Part shown: positions 41,906 to 52,979 of the stretch, in pieces
Numbering within the stretch: the first letter of the stretch is position 1
How the letters are laid out: every line of letters starts with the position of its first letter
Assembly: GCA_963758715.1 (NCBI GenBank)
Contig: CAVWWK010000008.1
Coordinates: 92,294-156,293 of the forward strand
Direction of reading: 5' to 3'
Origin: an uncultured Actinomycetes bacterium
Lineage (GTDB): Bacteria; Actinomycetota; UBA4738; HRBIN12
DNA length: 64,000 nt
The notes under the pieces: model-generated
What the model was told of the DNA's origin: nothing
Databases searched by the model: none
The model's input: the letters and a program-made list of their open reading frames with translations, nothing else
Position numbers and translations under genes: made by a program

Positions 41906-44900
41906 ATGAAGGAAACGTTCGTGCACCTGGACGTGCGGTCGTGCTTCTCGATGAAGGAGGGCGCGTTCACGCCGGAGCAGCTCGCGGCTCGCGCGGCCGA
42001 TCTCGGCATGCCCGCCGTGGCCATGACCGATCGCGACGGGCTCTACGGCGCCGCGCGGTTCGTGCGGGCCTGTGCGACCGAGGGCGTGCGGCCGATCCTG
42101 GGCGCTTCGCTCACGGTCCGTGCGCCACGACCGGGTGGCCGGGATCGGAACGAGACGCGCACGTCGTGCTGCTCGCCACCGACGACACCGGCTACGCGAA
42201 CCTGTGCCGGCTGCTCACCGACGCGCACATGCTCGGCGAGCGCGGCGACCCCTGGGTCGATCCCGTGCAGATCTGCGCGCACGCTGCGGGGCTCGTCGCG
42301 ATCGCCGGGCCCCGGTCGCACCCGGGACGCGCGGCGCTCGCCGGGCGCGTCGACGACGGCGCGCGCCTGCTCGACCCGTTCCGCGAGGCGTTCGGGCGTG
42401 AGCGGCTCTTCGTCGGCGTCGAGCACCGGGTCGAGCGAGGGTCGGGCGATGAGGCCCGCGCCATGCTGCGCCTGGCGCGAGCGCGTGGGCGTCGGCGCCG
42501 TCGCGACCGAACCCCGTGCGCTACCTCGAGCCCGGCGACGCGTTCGTCGCCGACGTGCTCGAGTGCATGCGGCGCATCGTGCCGCTCGCCGAGACGAACG
42601 TCACCCGCCGCAACGCCGAGGGCTGGCTGAAGCCCGCCGGCGCGATGCGCGCGCTGTTCGCCGAGCGGCCCGACCTGTCCGACGCGACGCTCGACGTCGC
42701 CGAGATGTGCGCGGTTCGACCTGGGGCTCGGGCGCATCCACTTCCCGGACTTCCCGACGCCGGAGGGCCGCAGCGCCGATGCCGTGCTCGCCGAACGATG
42801 CTGGCGCGGGGTGCACGAACGCGGTGTGCGCGAGGACGAAGCGCTGCGGGACCGGCTGCACCACGAGCTCTCGATGATCCGGCGCATGGGGTTCGCGGCG
42901 TACTTCCTGACCGTGGCCGACATCGTCGCCGACGTGAAGTCGATGGGCATCCGGGCCGCGTGCCGGGGCTCGGCCGCCGGGTCGCTGGTGTGCTACCTGA
43001 CCGGCATCTCCGACGTCGATGCGCTCCGGCACGACCTGTCGTTCGAGCGGTTCATGAATCCGATGCGCAAGGACCTGCCCGACATCGACATCGACGTCGA
43101 GTCAGCAAGGCGTGAGGACGTCTACGACATGATCCTCGGCCGCCACGGGGAAGAGCGCGCCGGCTGCGTCGCGATGATCGACACCTACCGCGCGCGTTCG
43201 GCGATCCGCGAGGTCGGCAAGGCGCTCGGGCTGCCCGATGTCGAGGTCGGTGTCGTCGCGAAGTCGTTCCCGCACATCTCGGCGCGGCACCTGCGCGAGG
43301 CGATCGACCGTCTGCCCGAGCTGGCGGGCATCAACCTCCGGTTCGAGCAGATGCGACGCTCTGTTCGGCGTCGCCGAGCGGATCGGCGGCTTCCCGCGAC
43401 ACATCGCGCTGCATCCCTGCGGCATCGTGCTCGCGAGCCACGACCTGGTCGAACGCGTACCGCTGGAGCGCAGCGCGAACGGCCATCGCATGATCCAGGC
43501 CGACAAGGACGACGTCGAGCTGCTCGGCTACCTGAAGCTCGACATCCTCGGCGTGCGCATGCTGAGCTCGATGCGACACGCGCTCGACGAGATCGCGCGC
43601 ACGACGGGGGAGAAGGTCGACCTCGACCGCATCGCGCTCGACGACCCCGCCACGTTCGAGCTGATTCGCGCCTCCGACACGCTCGGGTGCTTCCAGATCG
43701 AGTCGCCGGGCCAGCGTGAGCTGCTGCAGAAGCTCCAGCCCGACCGCTGGGAGGACCTGATCGTCGACATCTCGCTGTTCCGGCCCGGGCCGGTGAAGTC
43801 GGACATGATCACGCCGTACCTGCGGCGGCGCCCGGCGTTCGAGCGTCCGACCTATATCCACCCCGGGCTGCGCGGGCCGCTGCAGGAGACGTTCGGGGTG
43901 ATCGTCTTCCACGAGCAGGTGATCCGGGCGCTCGCGGCGCTCGCGGGCTACACCGAGACCTACGCCGACCACATCCGGCGCCATCTCGATCGACGAGGAC
44001 ATGCTGCCGGGCTTCGAGGCGGACTTCCTCGAGCGGGCCGTCGCCCGAGGCGTCGATCGCGATGCGGCCGAGCGAGGTCTGGCATGCGGTGACGCAGTTC
44101 GCGAGCTTCGGGTTCTGCAAGGCGCACGCGGCCGCGTTCGCGGTGCCGACCTACCAGAGCGCGTGGCTGAAGGCGCACCATCCCGCCCACATGGTCTGCC
44201 GGCCTGCTCACCCACGACCCCGGCATGTACCCGCGGCGCCTGATCCTCGAGGACGCCCGCCGCCACGGCATCCCGATCCTGCCGCTCGACGTGAACCGCA
44301 GCGAACCCGAGTACGTGGTCGAGGACGGTGCCGAGCGGCACGCGGGAGGACGAAAGGCCGCGCTGTGCTTCGGCATCAGGCTCGGCGTTCCAGGACGTGC
44401 ACGGCATCAGCGACGCCGAGATCCGTTCGATCATGATGGCGCGCGCCGACCGGCCGTTCCGCGACGTGGGCGACTTCATGCGGCGCACCACCGTGAGCCG
44501 GCCCGTGACCGAGGCGCTGGCGCATGCCGGTGCGTTCGACGACGCTCGAGACCGGCAATCGCCGTCGCCACCTCTACGTCGGCGATGACCGCCGAGCCCG
44601 AGCGCGAGGGTGATCAGCTCGCGCTCACGATCGGGCGCCGATCCGGTCGAGCGGGCACGGTTCAAGGACTACTCCGACGCCGAGGTGGTGCGTGCCGAGC
44701 TCGAGGTGCTGGGCACTCGACGCCACCCGGCACATCGTGAGCTTCTTCGAGCCGCTGCTCTGCCGACCTCGGGAGTGACACGCGCGAAGGACCTGCGCAC
44801 GGCCGGGCGGCTCGAAGGTGATCGTCGCTGGGGTGAAGGTCGCCTCGCAGACGCCGGCGATCCGCAGCGGCCAGCGCATCATCTTCCTGACCCTCGACGA

Positions 44901-45182
44901 TGCGACCGGGCCGATCGAGGTGACGGTGTTCGAGTCGGTGCAGCCCAAGGTGGCCAAGACCGTGTTCCACGGGTACGCGCTGGCGGTGGCGGGCGAGCTG
45001 CGGCGCACCGGTGTGGGCGGGGTGAGCGTGGTCGCCGAGGAGGTCTGGGACCTGTCGGCGCTGCATCGGGCGCGCGCCGAGGGCCGGCTGCGCGAGGCCG
45101 TGCGCGGCGACGAGGCGTCGGCCGAGCGGCCGGGGCCGGCCCGCGCGCGCTCTGGCACGCGAGCCCCGGCTCCGCGGGATGA
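41906..45182 (+). CDS. dnaE2: Error-prone DNA polymerase III alpha (many frameshifts)
   Basis: PHP TDRDGLYGA, RGSAAGS, PDIDIDVE, KLDILG, FQIESPG, FGFCKAHA, OB fold, C-terminal LWHASPGSAG. Confidence 0.9.
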
Positions 45183-45189
45183 TGTGCTC

Positions 45190-46400
45190 GTGACCGGCCG
45201 ATCCCAGCTCATGCACCGCGCCGACGAGCGCCCGCCCGAGCCGATCCTGCACGCCGACCTCGATGCGTTCTACGCCTCGGTCGAGATGCTGAAGGACCCG
45301 TCGCTCGCCGGGAAGCCGGTGATCGTGGGTGGCGTGGGCGGGCGTGGGGTCGTGAGCTCGGCGTCGTACGAGGCCCGGAGATTCGGGGTGCGCTCGGCGA
45401 TGCCGACGGTGCGAGCGCGGCGGCTGTGCCCCGACGGCGTGTTCGTGCCACCCGACTTCGAGGCCTACCAGGCGCATTCGAACCGATTCCGCGAGGTGCT
45501 GCTCGCCCACACGCCGCTCGTGGAGCCGATCTCGCTCGACGAGGCGTTCCTCGACGTCGGCGGGGCCACGATGCTGTTCGGCGAGCCGCGGGCGATCGCC
45601 GCGCGCATCCGCGCCGAGGTGGAACGCGAGGTGGGGGTCACGTGCTCGGTCGGGGTCGCGCCCGACGAAGTTCGTGGCCAAGCTCGCGTCCGACCACTGC
45701 AAGCCCAACGGCATGCTGGTGGTGCCGGCGGACGGCGTGCTCGGCTTCCTCGAGCCGTTGCCGGTCGGACAGGCTCTGGGGAGTGGGGGAGAAGACCGGC
45801 GAGGTGCTCTGGCCGCCTGGCGTGTCGGACGATCGGCGACCTCGGCCGCACCCCCGAGCCGATCCTCGCCCGGCTGCTCGGCGAGCAGTCCGCGGCATCT
45901 CTCCCGGCTCGCGCACGGGGTCGACGAGCGAGACGTGGTGCCCTACGAGGCGCCGAAGTCCGTCGGCCACGAGGAGACGTTCGAGCGCGACCTCGACGAC
46001 GAGCAGGACATCCTGCGAGAGCTGCTGGCGCTCTCGGGGAAGGTCGGCGTCGCGCCTGCGAGCCGACGGATACCGGGCCCGCACCGTGACGATGAAGGTG
46101 CGACTGGCGACGTTCACCACCCTCACGCGTTCGAAGACGCTGCCCGACGCCACCGACGTGGGCGCGGAGCTCTACCGGGTCGTGGCGGGCCTCTACCAAG
46201 CGCGTTGCCGGGGGAGCGCCGGCGGATGCGACTGCTGGGGGTGCAGGCCAGCGGGCTTGTGTCGGCAGGCGCCGAGCAGCTGGCGTTGCTCCGCGGCGAG
46301 CGCTGGGGCGACGTGGAGCGGGCGGTCGATCGCATCGAGCATCGGTTCGGGCGCGGCGCGGCGAGCCCGCCTCGCTGCTCGACCGCGCGCGGCGGCGTGA
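45190..46400 (+). CDS. dinB: DNA polymerase IV (frameshifted)
   Basis: ILHADLDAFYASVE, SYEAR.FGVRSAM, SLDEAFLD, KSVGHEETF. Confidence 0.92.
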
Positions 46401-46513
46401 TCGCGACGATCATGAAAGTGCCGCGTCGATCGGTTCTCTTGAGTGCGTGAAGGCTCCCTATAATCGAGGGGCAGGGCAACCCCGAACGGACCGCAGAGGA
46501 GACCAGGGACCCG

Positions 46514-46883
46514 ATGCCCCTGAACGACCACGAACAGCGGATCCTCGAAGAGATCGAACGACGTCTCGCCGAGGACGACCCGAAGCTCGTCGAGCAGGTC
46601 GGGCGCACCGACCTGTACACGCACCTGGCGCGTCGCATCCGACTCGCGGCGTTCGCGTTCGTGATGGGCTTCGTGCTGCTGCTGCTGTTCGTGGTCAGCC
46701 CGTGGATCGCGGCCGTGGGGTTCGTCGTCGATGATCGGGTCGGCGTTGCTGATCTACCGCTACCTCGGTCAGCTCGGACGCGACCAGATCCGCGCGATGC
46801 AGGAGGGCGGAGCTCGATGACGGGCATCATCGGCCGGCTCGCGGCGCGGTTCCGTCCGCCGGCGCCACCGACCGACGACGTGA
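46514..46883 (+). CDS. DUF3040 family membrane protein
   Basis: MPLNDHEQRILEEIERRLAEDDPK then TM segments; TATAAT at 46459-46464; 3' end uncertain. Confidence 0.85.
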
Positions 46884-46939
46884 GGCCGTCGCACTCCTAG
46901 CCCGTTCGGGTGGTTCCACGTCCGTCGTGACCTCGCGGC

Positions 46940-47091
46940 TTGCCGCCCTTCCGCGCGCTGTTGTACAACGGGGACCCCTTCCCCCTGGGCGCGATCGTCG
47001 GCTCGGTGCTCCGACCGCTTCGGCGAGGGTTCCGAGGCGCCGCAGCATCGAAGGGAACCGTCGGAGAGTCGAAGAAGGGGCACGCATCCGG
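46940..47091 (+). promoter_or_regulatory. Promoter and structured 5' leader of the MerR-family gene
   Basis: TTGCCG-18-TACAAC; nested stems from CCCCTTC 46975-46981 to GAAGGGG 47074-47080. Confidence 0.55.
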
Positions 47092-47574
47092 ATGGAGGGA
47101 TTCACCACCCACCAGGCCTGCAAGTTCACCGGCTGCACGTCGCGGCAGCTCAGGTACTGGGACCAGATCGGATTAGTGCAAGCCCTCCGTCCAAGGCACC
47201 GGCGGACGCCCGGGCGTCCCGCGCCTCTACGCCTTCCGAGACCTCGTCGCGCTGCGGGTCGTGAAGTCGCTCCTCGACGGCGGCATGTCGCTGCAGCGCG
47301 TGCGCCGTTCCTGGGAGTTCCTCAACACGAAGGCGGGCATGGACAGTCACCTGTCCGAGGTGAAGCTCGTCACCGACGGTCAGAGCATCTTCAAGATCTG
47401 CCGCCGCGACGGCGAGGTGATGGACGCGCTGCGAGAAGGTCAGATGGCGTTCTTCGTGGCGATCGACGACATCGCCAGCGGCGTCGAGACGACGTCCGGC
47501 GGTTCGAAGAGGACCGGGAGCGGTTCGTGCGGGCGCTGCGCGAGGCCGCCGCCCACACCGCGACCGGCTCCTAG
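47092..47574 (+). CDS. MerR-family regulator, Rv1830/McdR-like (frameshifted)
   Basis: QACKFTGCTSRQLRYWDQIGLV..RLYAFRDLVALRVVKSLLDGGMSLQRVR..LVTDG. Confidence 0.8.
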   Translation: MEGFTTHQACKFTGCTSRQLRYWDQIGLVQALRPRHRRTPGRPAPLRLPRPRRAAGREVAPRRRHVAAARAPFLGVPQHEGGHGQSPVRGEARHRRSEHLQDLPPRRRGDGRAARRSDGVLRGDRRHRQRRRDDVRRFEEDRERFVRALREAAAHTATGS

Positions 47575-49917
47575 CTCCGGCGCCTCAGCGCCGCCGGTAC
47601 TGCCCGTGACCGATGCGTCCATCACGGACGCGTTCCGGCGCAGGTCCTTGAGCACGACGGCGGCCGCATCGGCCGCACTCTGCGCCTGCGTGCTCGCGTC
47701 GAGCTCCCTCGGCGCGTACGCCGCGTGCGTCGCGAGGCGGCTCAGCCGGTCCAGGTCGTCGGTGGTGAGGCGCTCGGAGGCCATCGCCCGGCGGCCGCGG
47801 TACTCATCGATCGTCTCTCCGGTGCTCCCGTGGCGATCCGAGGTCTGCCGCCCGCTCCGTGAAGACGTCGTAGGTGGCCGATATCAGCGTCCGTGGCTCG
47901 TGCGCCGCGCGCCGAAGCCGGCTGCGGCGGCGCCACGCCCGCACGATCGGGATCGACCGCCAGCGTCAGCACCCCGGCCACGAGCACCGCCGCAAGGACG
48001 TCGCGAGCGGTGAACCTCGGCGCCGGCGGGGCCGGAAGTGCGGGGATGGTCGAGCGGGATCGTTCGATCCGCTCCCGGAACCCGCTGCGGATGTCGGCGA
48101 ACCGGCGGCGGGCGATCCCGGAGGCGAGCGGGTCGTCGGCCGCCGCGGCCCCCAGCCGCGTCGGGCCGCCCTGACCGCCGCCCGCGGCTGCCGCACTGTC
48201 GTCCCTATGCAGTCGGCGGACGTCGGGTCGATGTAGGGGTAGGCAGCCGCGTCGGCCAGGCCGCGGGTCGGCTCGAACGCGAGCCATCCGTAGCCGGGGA
48301 ACAGCACCTCCACCCACACGTGCGCGTTGTCGGTGCTCACCGCGCAACGAATCGGTGACGTCGTCGAACGAGCCCGAGGAGAACCCCTCGGCCAGGCGCG
48401 TGGGGATGCCCGATCGTCCGCAACATCACGCCCATCGCGGCTCGCGAACTGCTGGCAGAACCCCCGCTGACCGTTGATCTCGTCGAAGAGGAAGGTGAGC
48501 AGCGCCTGGGAGTCGGCCCGCGGCTTCACGGTCTCGTCGTAGGTGAACGGGCTGAGCGGCGCCGTGAAGTGCTCCTGGATGCTGATGACCTTGTCGTAGC
48601 GCGTCTCGTCGTCCACGGTGAGCTCGGTCGCGAGCTCCTGGATCTGGGCGGGGGCCGTCGGGCAGCTCCGTGTACCGCGGCACGTCCGGGATGGCCGTGA
48701 TGGACGCGGCCCGCAGATCGTCGGGGGTGGGCCGCACGACCTGCGAGGTGACCGAATAGGAGACGCCCGCCTCGATGGGGTCGTTCAGCTGGAGCGCCCC
48801 TCCCTCGGCGTCCCAGCGCATGCCCTCGAGCCTGGGCGTCGGTCGACAGGGGCATGTACGGCATGGGGAGCCACGGCAGGGCGAGGTCGTTGGCGACCTT
48901 GGAACGACACCTCGATCGGCTCCTCCAGCCCGGGGGCGTCCGGGCTCGGCAGGGCCACGGGCAACAGCGACGAGTTGGGCTCGACGGGGGTCGTGGTGGG
49001 GAAGGCATCCGGCCGCCACGTCGTGCCGTCGAAGTCGGGGAGCGCGACCATGCGCCAATAGAGCGGGGTCGGCGTGTCGACGACGAAGACATCGATGGGC
49101 TCATCACGGTTCAGGCTGGCCGCGACGGACACGAGCGGGTCCAGCCGGACGAGGTCGTCGCCCGGGCCGCTGAAGTCCAGGATGGCCTTGGAGCCGAACC
49201 CCGGGATCAGCACGGGCGAGACCGCGGCGCCACGGCCAGGGTCGCGGCGGCGACCTTGCGCGCGCTGCGCCCGGCCGACGAGGTCAATCGCGTGTGCCGG
49301 CTCGGGCCGTTCCACACCGGGCCCCATCCCTGGACACGCCGCAGGCTGTCGGCGAACAGCACCGTCGCCGCCGCGACCAGGAAGGCCAGGCCGTACAGAC
49401 GGACGCACGACCTCTTCGAGCACCGTGTCCGCGAAGGCGACCAGCGCCACCGGGGGAGGAGGGCCAGGATCGGGCTGCCCGCACGGAAGGCGAGAGCGTG
49501 GGCGGAGAAGACGCCGCCCACGTGCCGGTGAGCGCGGCGAGCAGGAGGGGAGCCAACGGCTCGGTGGGCGCCACCTGGATCCGCGCCTGCTCGCCCACCA
49601 GGCCCGCGGCCTCGATCGAGGCGCGGAGCGTCTCCAACGTGGGGAGCCCGAACCAGGTCGTCTCGGGGAACACGAACCACCCGATCGCCACCACCATGCC
49701 TGCCACGCTCACGAGGGACGCGAGGAGCAGGTTCCTGCGCTCCAGCAGCGCACGCGAGCAGGGCCGACGCGAGCGCGGTCGCGACCAGCTCGTACGTGGA
49801 GGCGGTGCCCTCGAAGACACGCCCGATCGCCACGGCCGAGACGGCCGCGAGCGCGCAGGTCGCGGCGGCCGCGATCAGACGCTGCGGGCGAGCGGACGTT
49901 CCCTGGGTACGTGCCAT
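47571..49917 (-). CDS. Membrane transglutaminase-like protein (DUF3488), heavily frameshifted
   Basis: N-terminal TMs, YWR, GFCQQFAS, AHVWVEV, FEPT. Confidence 0.82.
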
Positions 49918-51104
49918 CGTTCCTTCAGCTTCATCGTCGGGGACAGGACGATCGGGTCCCATCCCGCTCGGGTCAAGGCCATGACCGCCTGCGTTGCGCG
50001 GCCTTCGAACTGCGCGCGTCGGTCCGGTGGCATCGTCGCCGGGTCGACGGGGTGGATCAGGATCGCGAGCTTGGGGCCGAACCCGGCGGCGCTGCGGATC
50101 AGCGAGGTCAGCTCTCCGGGCGCCGGAGGGGCCGAGACGAGGATCAGCGAGGTCTCGCCCGAGGCGCCCGCGCGCAGGTAGGACAGCGCGGGCCCGATCG
50201 AGCGTGCCTGCGAATGGGAGATGCCCGCCAGAGCGTCGAGGAACCGATCCTCGGTGACCGCGGCGGGAGGGGTCTCCGACGTGCCGAGGCGAAGGGCGAA
50301 ACCCGCGCCTGGCGAGCATGACCCCGAGCGTGGCCCCCACCGACACCGCGCGTTCGAACGCGAGGCCGTGGGACTGTCCGAGCGCCTGCGATCGCGTGTC
50401 GAGGAACACCAGGCCGCTCGCGCGCTTGGAGGACTCGTCCTGGCGGATCATCAGATCCCGGTCCGTGCCACCGAGGGCCAGTGGATGCGCCGGAGGTCGT
50501 CGCCCTCCTGGTAGCCGCGCATCGTGTAGTACTCCTCACCGGTCCGGAACAGCTGGCGCGCCCGGGTGGCGCCGAAGCTCTGCCCGATCGCCGAATCCTC
50601 GGCGCCGAACAGGTCCTCGATCTCGGGGGTCACGAGCAGCTCTTCGCGCTCGTCGAACTCCACCCGGTGGCGGGTGAGCGCGAACGGATCGGTGATGTCC
50701 ACGCTCACGGGCCCGAGCGAGTAGCGCCCGCGGGCCTGCGGCAGCACGCTGTAGGAGACGCGCTGGGTCGCCCGCGACGACAGGCCCGACACGACCAGAC
50801 GAGCCGGACGCCCGAGCGACGGCGGGAGCCGGTCCTCGATCAGCAGGAACGAGGTGGGCGCGGCGGATCGGTTCTCCACGTCGAGCTGCACGTTGACGCG
50901 GGTTCCCGGCGAGACGCGAACGTCGTCCAGGCGGCGTCGGATCGTGATCCTCGTCCGTGCCCACCACACGAAGAACCCAGCCAGGAAGGGGAGGGCCGCC
51001 AGGCCGATCGCGACGATCTCCATCCCGGGGGATCCGATGATGCGGGCCGCGACCCACATCGCGGCGCCCGCGCCGACCATGGTGAGTCCCCGGCCCGAGG
51101 GCAT
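49875..51104 (-). CDS. DUF58 family protein (frameshifted)
   Basis: RGRY..GP, DPFAL, RGYQEGDDLRRIHW.SVAR. Confidence 0.87.
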
Positions 51105-52082
51105 CAGGGGGACTCCGCGACGGGGACCGCCACCTCCGCGAGGATCTCGTGGAGGACCAGGTCGGGGGAGCGGCCGCCCATGACGGCGTCGGCCGTGACG
51201 ATGATCCGGTGCGCCAGCGCCGGGACGGCCAGCGCCTTGACGTCGTCGGGGATCACGTAGTCTCGCTCTTCGGCGGCTGCGGTCGCGCGGGCGGCCCGCA
51301 GGATCATGAGGGAGGCGCGCGGGCTCGCACCCAGGTACACGTCGACGTGGTTCCGGGTCGCTTCGACCAGGTCCACGATGTAGCGCCTGATCGCCGGCGC
51401 CACGTGCACCTCGCGCGCCTGCAGGATCATCTCGGCCACGCCTGGAGCGTCCGCGACCGGGCCGATCTCACCCAGCGGCACGCCAGTGGTGTGGCTCGCC
51501 AGGATCTCGGCCTCGATCTGGGGCGAGGGATAGCCGATCGACAATCGCAGCATGAACCGGTCGAGCTGGGCCTCGGGCAACGGGTAGGTTCCCTCGTGCT
51601 CGATCGGGTTCTGCGTTGCGATGACCATGAACGGTGTGCCAAGCGGGTGGGTCTGCGTGTCGATCGTGACCTGCCGCTCCTCCATGCATTCCAACAGGGC
51701 CGACTGGGTCTTGGGGGACGCGCGGTTGATCTCGTCGCCCAGCACGATGTTGGCGAAGATGGCGCCCGGCCGGAACTCGAAGTCGCGCTGCTCCTGGTTG
51801 AAGACGTTGACGCCGGTGACGTCGGTGGGGAGCAGGTCTGGCGTGAACTGCGACCGGCGGAACGAACAGTCGATCGAACGGGCGATCGACTTGGCGAGCA
51901 TCGTCTTGCCCACGCCGGGGACGTCCTCGATCAGCAGGTGGCCTTCGGCGATCAACGCCACGAGGGCGAGGCGGATCTCAGCGTGCTTGCCCCGCACGAC
52001 CTTCTCGACGTTGGTTTCGATCTCGCGGAACCGCTCGGCGAACCGTTGCCAGTCTTGGGGACGCTCCTCGAACTTCCACCAT
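51104..52082 (-). CDS. moxR: MoxR family AAA+ ATPase
   Basis: EDVPGVGKT, QFTPDLLP, DEINR, ATQNP, LPEAQLDRF, GASPR. Confidence 0.93.
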
Positions 52083-52170
52083 CACCTCCGGCGCAACCAG
52101 GCCCTCCGGCGCAACCCGGTCATCGTACGCCACGGGGAGGCTGGCCGCGAAAGCGGCCGGTGATGATGAG

Positions 52171-52255
52171 GGCGACGGACCGGCCGTCGAACGCGGACGC
52201 CCCGCGCGGCCCCTATTCGCAACTCCAGGCATTCGCGCTCGGCCGGTCCGTCGCC
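52171..52255. repeat. Perfect 16-bp inverted repeat with 53-nt spacer
   Basis: GGCGACGGACCGGCCG 52171-52186 / CGGCCGGTCCGTCGCC 52240-52255. Confidence 0.8.
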
Positions 52256-52334
52256 GCTCCAGGTCAGATTACACCGTTGTGATTCGGCCGTCGCAAGCTG
52301 CCGCGTTGCGAACCGCTCCCGCTACACTCCGTCC

Positions 52335-52817
52335 ATGGGACGTGCGCTCGTCCTCAATGCGTCTGATTCGCCGCTGGCGGTGGTGCCCGCGCGCCGAGCC
52401 GTCGTGCTCGTGATCAAGGAGAAGGCCGAGGTCGTGCTCTCCAACGGCATGGTCTTCCACTCCGAGCGGCTCGCGATGGAGGCGCCATCGGTGGTCCGGC
52501 TCCGCCGGTACGTCCGTGTTCCGTACCGTCCCCACGCGCCGCTCACCCGCCGGGCGGTCTTCGCCCGGGACGCGTGGAGATGCCAGTACTGCGGCGCCGG
52601 CGCTGAGAACCTCGATCACGTCGTTCCTCGATCCCGCGGTGGGTTGCACGTGTGGGAGAACGTCGTGGCGGCCTGCCGCAAGTGCAACACGAAGAAGGAA
52701 GACCGCACGCCTTCGGAGGCGGGCTTCCATCTGGCGCGGCAGCCGTTCGCTCCCCGCGACGGGTTCCATCTGACCCTCGGCCGGCTCGAGCCCGGCTGGG
52801 AGGACTACCTGCTCTAA
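52335..52817 (+). CDS. HNH endonuclease
   Basis: CQYCG, LDHVVPRSRGG..W.N...C..CN..K; TACACT 6 nt before ATG. Confidence 0.92.
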   Translation: MGRALVLNASDSPLAVVPARRAVVLVIKEKAEVVLSNGMVFHSERLAMEAPSVVRLRRYVRVPYRPHAPLTRRAVFARDAWRCQYCGAGAENLDHVVPRSRGGLHVWENVVAACRKCNTKKEDRTPSEAGFHLARQPFAPRDGFHLTLGRLEPGWEDYLL

Positions 52818-52890
52818 CCCCGGCGGCGCGACGGTCCAGCTGGTTCCTCCACGGTCTCGTTCCCTGTTCGCGGTAGCCCTGCCCTAAGTC

Positions 52891-52906
52891 CCGAACAACA
52901 GTTCGG
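52891..52906. promoter_or_regulatory. LexA-like box upstream of the dcw promoter
   Basis: CCGAAC-AACA-GTTCGG, perfect CGAAC-N4-GTTCG core. Confidence 0.55.
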
Positions 52907-52918
52907 CCGCATCCTCAA

Positions 52919-52975
52919 TTGACGAAGTGGAGGACTGGTGGCATAAACGTGGGGCTCAGTGGAGGAAAGGGGAGG
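52919..52975 (+). promoter_or_regulatory. mraZ promoter with MraZ-binding GTGG repeats
   Basis: TTGACG 52919-52924; GTGG at 52927, 52938, 52949, 52959 (10-11 bp period). Confidence 0.78.
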
Positions 52976-52979
52976 AGGC

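Noticed and set aside
52335-52817. HNH gene as a mobile or defence element
   Set aside because: Looks like the common stand-alone actinobacterial HNH; no intron, methylase or transposase nearby
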